30,235 nt of DNA from the IMG/VR virus record IMGVR_UViG_3300005805_000319, positions 1 through 30,235 of that record; one strand, given 5' to 3'. Positions 27,143 to 30,235 of the stretch are shown piece by piece; within the stretch, counting starts at the first letter, position 1, and every line of letters starts with the position of its first letter. Under the pieces are notes generated by a model. The model searched no databases. It saw nothing but the letters and a program-made list of their open reading frames with translations, and had not been told where the DNA came from. Source of the stretch: a virus. Its lineage: Duplodnaviria > Caudoviricetes. Both the position numbers and the translations under genes were made by a program.

Positions 27143-27512
27143 GAGGTGTCAGCGGTATGGCAACCGTTGGAATCTCATCTGCGAACCCCGAATTTTTCGG
27201 CGGTGCGAAAGTGACTTGGAATCGGTCATTCGGATGAGGACTAATTCCAAGACTGCCTTGCCAAAGGCCGCACCTCCAAAGAATTTGGGGTTTTTTTATG
27301 CGGATTTGACTGCGGTATCTGTCGGGAGGATAAACACCGGGGCAGATAACCAAAGAGCCAGACCGGGGGGATAGTTCCTGAAACATGGCGATGAGGCGGC
27401 GAAGTCAGCACCTCAGAGAACGGTAAGGCTGGCGGGTCTATGTGGCTCCGAAGGCGAAACATAGTGAAGGAAGATTCGGTTGTCCGAGGGATGGCTGAGT
27501 CTTGTCCACCAA
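27143..27512 (+). ncRNA. Putative structured non-coding/leader RNA (two domains separated by a terminator)
   Basis: At least ten complementary segments with many G-U pairs favouring the + strand; no convincing ORF. Confidence 0.6.
27274..27297 (+). terminator. Intrinsic terminator/attenuator within the leader
   Basis: CTCCAAA-gaa-TTTGGGG followed by T7. Confidence 0.6.
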
Positions 27513-27520
27513 AGGCGAAT

Positions 27521-27907
27521 ATGATTAAGAACAAAGAACACCTTCAGCAGATAAAAGACTTCTCAGGTCTAAAGTTCGGCTCAATCTCACCGACCGACAT
27601 AGACGGATTCCTAGACTTCGGCAACCGATTGTTCATTTTTGTCGAAACCAAGTTCTCAAAGTCAGAACTGCGCGGCGGTCAGAAACTGGCCTTAGAACGC
27701 CTCTGTGATGCTTGCCAAACCCAATCCCGCACCTCCATCTTAATCGTCACCAATCACGAATCGTCTGGCGAAATTGACATCGGGGAAACAGTTGTGCAAC
27801 AGTATCGACTGCGGGGCGTTTGGTATGAGTCTACGGATATCACCCTGCGTGAGGCGATTGAGATGTTTTATAGCAATTTCGCGATAATTAAAAAAGAGGA
27901 TAAATAA
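27521..27907 (+). CDS. PD-(D/E)XK nuclease-fold protein
   Basis: PTDIDG...FIFVETK...GQ..ALE; start reassigned to ATG 27521. Confidence 0.65.
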   Translation: MIKNKEHLQQIKDFSGLKFGSISPTDIDGFLDFGNRLFIFVETKFSKSELRGGQKLALERLCDACQTQSRTSILIVTNHESSGEIDIGETVVQQYRLRGVWYESTDITLREAIEMFYSNFAIIKKEDK

Positions 27908-28071
27908 TGACTGACCTACGCCAAGAACTAGCGCAAACAGAAAAACCGCCAGTTAAAACCTACTGCGGGGGCAAGCCTAACTATTGCACCCCTGTCGATG
28001 CCGTAAACATATCGCAAGAACCTGTCGATGAAACGGAAAAGCGTGAACAAGAGGAGAAGAACAATGGATGA
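27907..28071 (+). CDS. Hypothetical protein (54 aa; not in ORF track)
   Basis: TAATG overlap; MTDLRQELAQTEKPPVKTYCGGKPNYCTP... Confidence 0.5.
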   Translation: MTDLRQELAQTEKPPVKTYCGGKPNYCTPVDAVNISQEPVDETEKREQEEKNNG

Positions 28072-28444
28072 TTTCGAGTTGTTCTGGAAACACTTCCCCC
28101 GCAAAGTCGCAAAGGCAGAGGCGCGTAAGGCATTTGCACAAACACAGAAGATTCGGCCTCCGATTGAAGTGTTGTTAAAGGCAATCAAAGCGGCCTGTGC
28201 AACAGAACAATGGATGCGGTCTGGGGGAATGTTTATCCCTCATGCGGCGACTTGGCTTCGCGGCGAGAGATGGGAAGATTGCCATGAGATTGTTCTGCCC
28301 GAGGTTGTTAATGAGAAACCGTGGCACGAAACCGCAACGGGTATTGAGAAGAAGGGTGCGGAACTTGGTTTGTCACCAGACCAGTTCGGACATTGGCAAG
28401 AATTCAAGACTGCGGTTATGCAAAGGAGCATCAAGGCGGCATGA
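28064..28444 (+). CDS. Replication-initiator C-terminal-domain-like protein
   Basis: FELFWKHFPRKVAK..A.KAF...FIPHAATWL...RWED is typical of the C-terminal domain of phage replisome organisers; GAGGAG RBS before ATG 28064. Confidence 0.7.
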   Translation: MDDFELFWKHFPRKVAKAEARKAFAQTQKIRPPIEVLLKAIKAACATEQWMRSGGMFIPHAATWLRGERWEDCHEIVLPEVVNEKPWHETATGIEKKGAELGLSPDQFGHWQEFKTAVMQRSIKAA

Positions 28445-28701
28445 CCTGCGAGAATTGCGAAAGGGAGGGATACACTTACAATATGAAGTGTGAGGGTTGC
28501 AAGACCCGAATGTTTCAAAGGGAGTGGTGTAAGTATCTCCGCAAGGTTTACTCTGAACAGTACGGAAAAGCGTACCATTGGGAGGGCGGGAAACATTGTG
28601 ATTGCACAACTGTTTGTTTAAGAAAGAGTCGAATTGTTCAGAAACAAGAAACTGCTGGAGTTAATGAGAGAGTGCCCATGCGGAAACTGCGGAATCGATG
28701 A
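28441..28701 (+). CDS. Cys-rich putative zinc-binding protein
   Basis: CENC, CEGC, CDC...C; ATGA overlap, AAGG RBS. Confidence 0.55.
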   Translation: MTCENCEREGYTYNMKCEGCKTRMFQREWCKYLRKVYSEQYGKAYHWEGGKHCDCTTVCLRKSRIVQKQETAGVNERVPMRKLRNR

Positions 28702-28912
28702 TGGAACCGTTATCGCCGCTCATCGGAACGAAGGTAAGGGAATGGGCATAAAGGTTTCCGATGCTCTGGTTGCACCTCTATGTTGGGGATGTCACTACAT
28801 ACTCGACCAAGGGAAACAATTGAGCAGAGAAGAACGCAGAGACTATTGGAACCGTTCCTTTATAAACGGAATGCAATATCTGATTGAGAACAAGAAGTTG
28901 GTCGTTAAGTAA
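28634..28912 (+). CDS. DUF1364/HNH-like zinc-finger nuclease
   Basis: CGNC...AAHRN.GKGMGIK.SD...LCWGCH. Confidence 0.75.
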   Translation: MFRNKKLLELMRECPCGNCGIDDGTVIAAHRNEGKGMGIKVSDALVAPLCWGCHYILDQGKQLSREERRDYWNRSFINGMQYLIENKKLVVK

Positions 28913-29226
28913 TGGCTTATAGTCCTACCCAACTATCTCTCAAGAAACTTCGTGCGGATGGGTATATAGCCGAGGTCGTGGAGAAGTGGATACCCGGAGC
29001 CAACATCCGTAAAGACTTGTTTGGGTTCATAGACATCGTTGCGATACGGGATGGTGAAACACTCGGGGTTCAGACAACCTCCAAATCAAACATGAGTGCG
29101 CGCATTCGCAAGATAGAGGATTCCGAGTTCATCTCGGCAATAAGGAAGGCCAACTGGACAATAAAGGTTCATGGCTGGCATAAGGCAGACAACAGATGGG
29201 TTTGTGCGGTTAAGAATGTTTCCTGA
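28912..29226 (+). CDS. PD-(D/E)XK resolvase-like nuclease
   Basis: L...GY..E.VE, DLFGFIDIVAI, GVQTT, VHGW. Confidence 0.7.
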   Translation: MAYSPTQLSLKKLRADGYIAEVVEKWIPGANIRKDLFGFIDIVAIRDGETLGVQTTSKSNMSARIRKIEDSEFISAIRKANWTIKVHGWHKADNRWVCAVKNVS

Positions 29227-29300
29227 CGCGGGATGGTGAAAAGGCATCACACGGCTCTCATACGGCTGAGTTCTAGGTTCGAGTCCTAGTCCCGCTACCA
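29227..29300 (+). tRNA. tRNA-Met(CAT), initiator-like acceptor stem, CCA encoded
   Basis: Cloverleaf: CGCGGGA/TCCCGCT, GTGA/TCAC, CGGCT-ctCATac-GGCTG, CTAGG-TTCGAGT-CCTAG, A-CCA. Confidence 0.92.
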
Positions 29301-29302
29301 AG

Positions 29303-29346
29303 TTGACATTGTTGATATAAACAAACTAAACTGTTGTCGTTAACAA
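29303..29346 (+). promoter_or_regulatory. sigma70 promoter overlapped by two TGTT-N6-AACA operators
   Basis: TTGACA-N18-TAAACT; palindromes at 29310-29323 and 29332-29345. Confidence 0.65.
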
Positions 29347-29360
29347 TAACTGGAGGCTAT

Positions 29361-29573
29361 ATGTCTATTCGTAACCAAATCACAGAACTTCTTGCGGTCA
29401 CGCCTGACTTGGATTCAAATGAGATTGCGGAGAAACTTGGTATCAAGTTGACATCTGCAAAGGTAACTCTCTGCAAGATGGTCGGCACAGGAAAAATCGT
29501 GCGTGAGAAGAAACCTACCAAAGTCGCAAAGGCAGGTGGAAAGATGCAATATGTCTACAAGGTCAGTCAATGA
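29361..29573 (+). CDS. Winged helix-turn-helix DNA-binding protein
   Basis: GGAGG RBS; ITELL...LDSNEIAEKLGI...AKVTL.KM...GKI.R...Y.Y. Confidence 0.8.
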   Translation: MSIRNQITELLAVTPDLDSNEIAEKLGIKLTSAKVTLCKMVGTGKIVREKKPTKVAKAGGKMQYVYKVSQ

Positions 29574-30184
29574 GAATAAATGTTTCCGCAGACCTAAGTG
29601 AACTCAAGCGCAGGTTGACCTATGCTCAACGCGAACAAGTTCCGTTTGCGGCTTCTATGGCCTTAAACGATGTGGCTCAAGATGTGGCAAACGCAATCAC
29701 CGCGCAGATGGAAACAAAGTTGGACAACCCAACGCCGTTCACCTTGCGCGCCTATCGGTTCATCCCAAGACGCAATCGGGCAAACAAACGCAACCTGACC
29801 GTTATCGTTGAACCTGCGGAGATACAGAAGTCTTACTTGAAGTTCCAGATAGAAGGCGGCACAAGGTTGCCAAAGCAAACGGCAATCTTTGTCCCTTCCG
29901 ACAAAGCACCCAAGAATCAATACGGCAATGTGCCAAGGGCTAGACGCAAGGCCATGATTCAAGGCAAGGGCAAATACTTTACTGCTGGCAGAAAAGAGGG
30001 AAAGACACCGGGGGTCTATTACCGACCGACCAAGGGGGTAGTTGAGCCAATGGGTTTCTATGTGGACTCGGCTCGATACAGACCCATCCTTCCCGTTCAA
30101 AGGATTGCAAGCGGTGTTGTGTCCAGCAGATTTAATAGACGGTTTCAAGAGGCATTGAAACGGGCGATGGCTACCGCAATATGA
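29570..30184 (+). CDS. Tail-completion/neck protein (gpZ-like) located before the packaging region
   Basis: QVPFAASMALN..A, LDNPTPFT, YL.FQIEGGTR; basic protein. Confidence 0.65.
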   Translation: MRINVSADLSELKRRLTYAQREQVPFAASMALNDVAQDVANAITAQMETKLDNPTPFTLRAYRFIPRRNRANKRNLTVIVEPAEIQKSYLKFQIEGGTRLPKQTAIFVPSDKAPKNQYGNVPRARRKAMIQGKGKYFTAGRKEGKTPGVYYRPTKGVVEPMGFYVDSARYRPILPVQRIASGVVSSRFNRRFQEALKRAMATAI

Positions 30185-30191
30185 CCCCCAT

Positions 30192-30235
30192 CAAAGGTAC
30201 TCCTGTGGATAACTTGCTCGCGGGTAATTCGCGAC
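30192..30235 (+). other. Lambda cos-like packaging-region sequence (truncated by the window end)
   Basis: AGGTACTCC...CTCGCGGGTAATTCGC resembles lambda cosQ (GGGTCCT) and the left-end CTCGCGGGTTTTCGC. Confidence 0.4.

Noticed and set aside
27138-27534. Minus-strand ORFs 27138..27386 and 27241..27534, and the 27440 upstream extension, as repressor genes
   Set aside because: No HTH, no RBS and atypical composition; the region is better explained by RNA structure.
27990-28030. CCTGTCGATG direct repeat as replication iterons
   Set aside because: Only two 10-nt copies, in frame within a small ORF (PVD twice).
29227-29300. tRNA as a prophage attachment site
   Set aside because: No integrase and no duplicated tRNA 3' end; phage genes continue on both sides.
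29086-29301. 71-aa minus-strand ORF
   Set aside because: Antisense reading of the tRNA and nuclease gene (GLEPRT is a typical tRNA shadow).

Overview
About 30 kb of a tailed dsDNA phage (siphovirus-type). The gene content suggests a freshwater proteobacterial host, which is an inference. The + strand late operon runs: last codons of a probable terminase, P22/SU10-like portal, two small virion proteins, a 948-aa accessory-domain/HK97-protease/major-capsid fusion, a three-enzyme glycan-modification module, lambda-like neck and tail genes with a -1 frameshifted chaperone, a tail fibre, and a lysis region interrupted by an HslV/proteasome-beta-like peptidase and a metallophosphoesterase. A - strand early operon (22846-26968) encodes a Rad52/Sak-like annealing protein, YqaJ exonuclease, an SSB-like protein and many small ORFs. 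A divergent control region (26969-27520) has no repressor gene but holds about 370 nt of densely structured non-coding sequence with an attenuator-like switch. It is followed by a rightward operon: nucleases, a replication-initiator C-terminal domain lacking its DNA-binding domain, an atypical fMet-like tRNA, a wHTH regulator with twin operators, a gpZ-like gene and a lambda-cos-like end. No integrase, CI/Cro, helicase, primase or polymerase is visible in the window. Best novelty candidates: the structured RNA switch plus truncated initiator, the Ntn-peptidase/phosphoesterase pair, the capsid-linked glycosylation module, and an apparently foreign portal module revealed by restriction-site avoidance. 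All calls are by eye, without database searches.
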